DNA of 64,000 nucleotides from a virus (Duplodnaviria; Heunggongvirae; Uroviricota; Caudoviricetes): IMG/VR virus record IMGVR_UViG_3300037067_007156, positions 557,519 to 621,518 of that record; one strand, 5' to 3'. Shown piece by piece: positions 63,726 to 64,000 of this stretch (position 1 is its first letter; each line of letters starts with the position of its first letter). The notes under the pieces were generated by a model. It saw only the letters and a program-made list of their open reading frames with translations, ran no database searches and was not told where the DNA came from. The position numbers and the translations under genes were made by a program.

Positions 63726-63775
63726 AAACAAAGACTTATTTTTTTAATATATAGAAAAAACAAAATAATTATAAT

Positions 63776-64000
63776 ATGGGATTTTTTAGTTTTATTGATA
63801 ATAGGTTTAAAAGAAAACATACTGAATTTAATCACAGAAAATTTACAATACCCGTAGATAATTTATCAAGAGAAGAAGCCGAAGAACAAATAAAAGAATT
63901 AATGAAATCATATAAGGAAACTATTGTTTTTGATGTTGAAGATAGTTCTGGTGAGATGATAATGAATGGTGATATAAAAATACCGTTTGAAAAGGATTAC
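63776..64000 (+). CDS. Partial ORF running off the window end
   Basis: ATG at 63776 (MGFFSFIDNRF...), open to the end; TAATATATA at 63745-63753. Confidence 0.5.
   Translation, partial: MGFFSFIDNRFKRKHTEFNHRKFTIPVDNLSREEAEEQIKELMKSYKETIVFDVEDSSGEMIMNGDIKIPFEKDY

Noticed and set aside
1-64000. Stop-codon reassignment as seen in some Bacteroidota jumbo phages
   Set aside because: Long genes are intact in code 11, TAG and TGA end conserved genes, and the TTCTAA-loop tRNAs read as Arg(TCT), not as CTA suppressors.

Overview
This window is a very AT-rich segment of a jumbo myophage with T4-like structural genes (tail sheath, tail tube, gp26, gp15, gp4, gp55-like late sigma), read in the standard genetic code. 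The host is probably Bacteroidota, judging from the PorP/SprF gene, Bacteroidota-type ClpS and M23 peptidase, and TAnnTTTG promoters. It also carries a tRNA cluster, two ECF sigma factors, host-like signalling and stress genes, about 9 homing-endonuclease-like genes, an IS607 element and an IS200/605 (IscB-type) remnant. Two features stand out. (1) Two cas-less CRISPR-like mini-arrays (36-nt repeats resembling type VI-B, 29-30-nt spacers) each begin inside the 3' end of a paralogous ~130-aa gene, so repeats and spacers are translated as the protein C-terminus. (2) An unannotated 43-codon leader peptide with a terminator/antiterminator sits in front of the tRNA cluster, and its codons match the amino acids of the downstream tRNAs, making it a candidate tRNA-sensing attenuator. 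All family calls come from motif recognition by eye, with no database searches. Several single-base frameshifts lie in homopolymers and may be sequencing errors.
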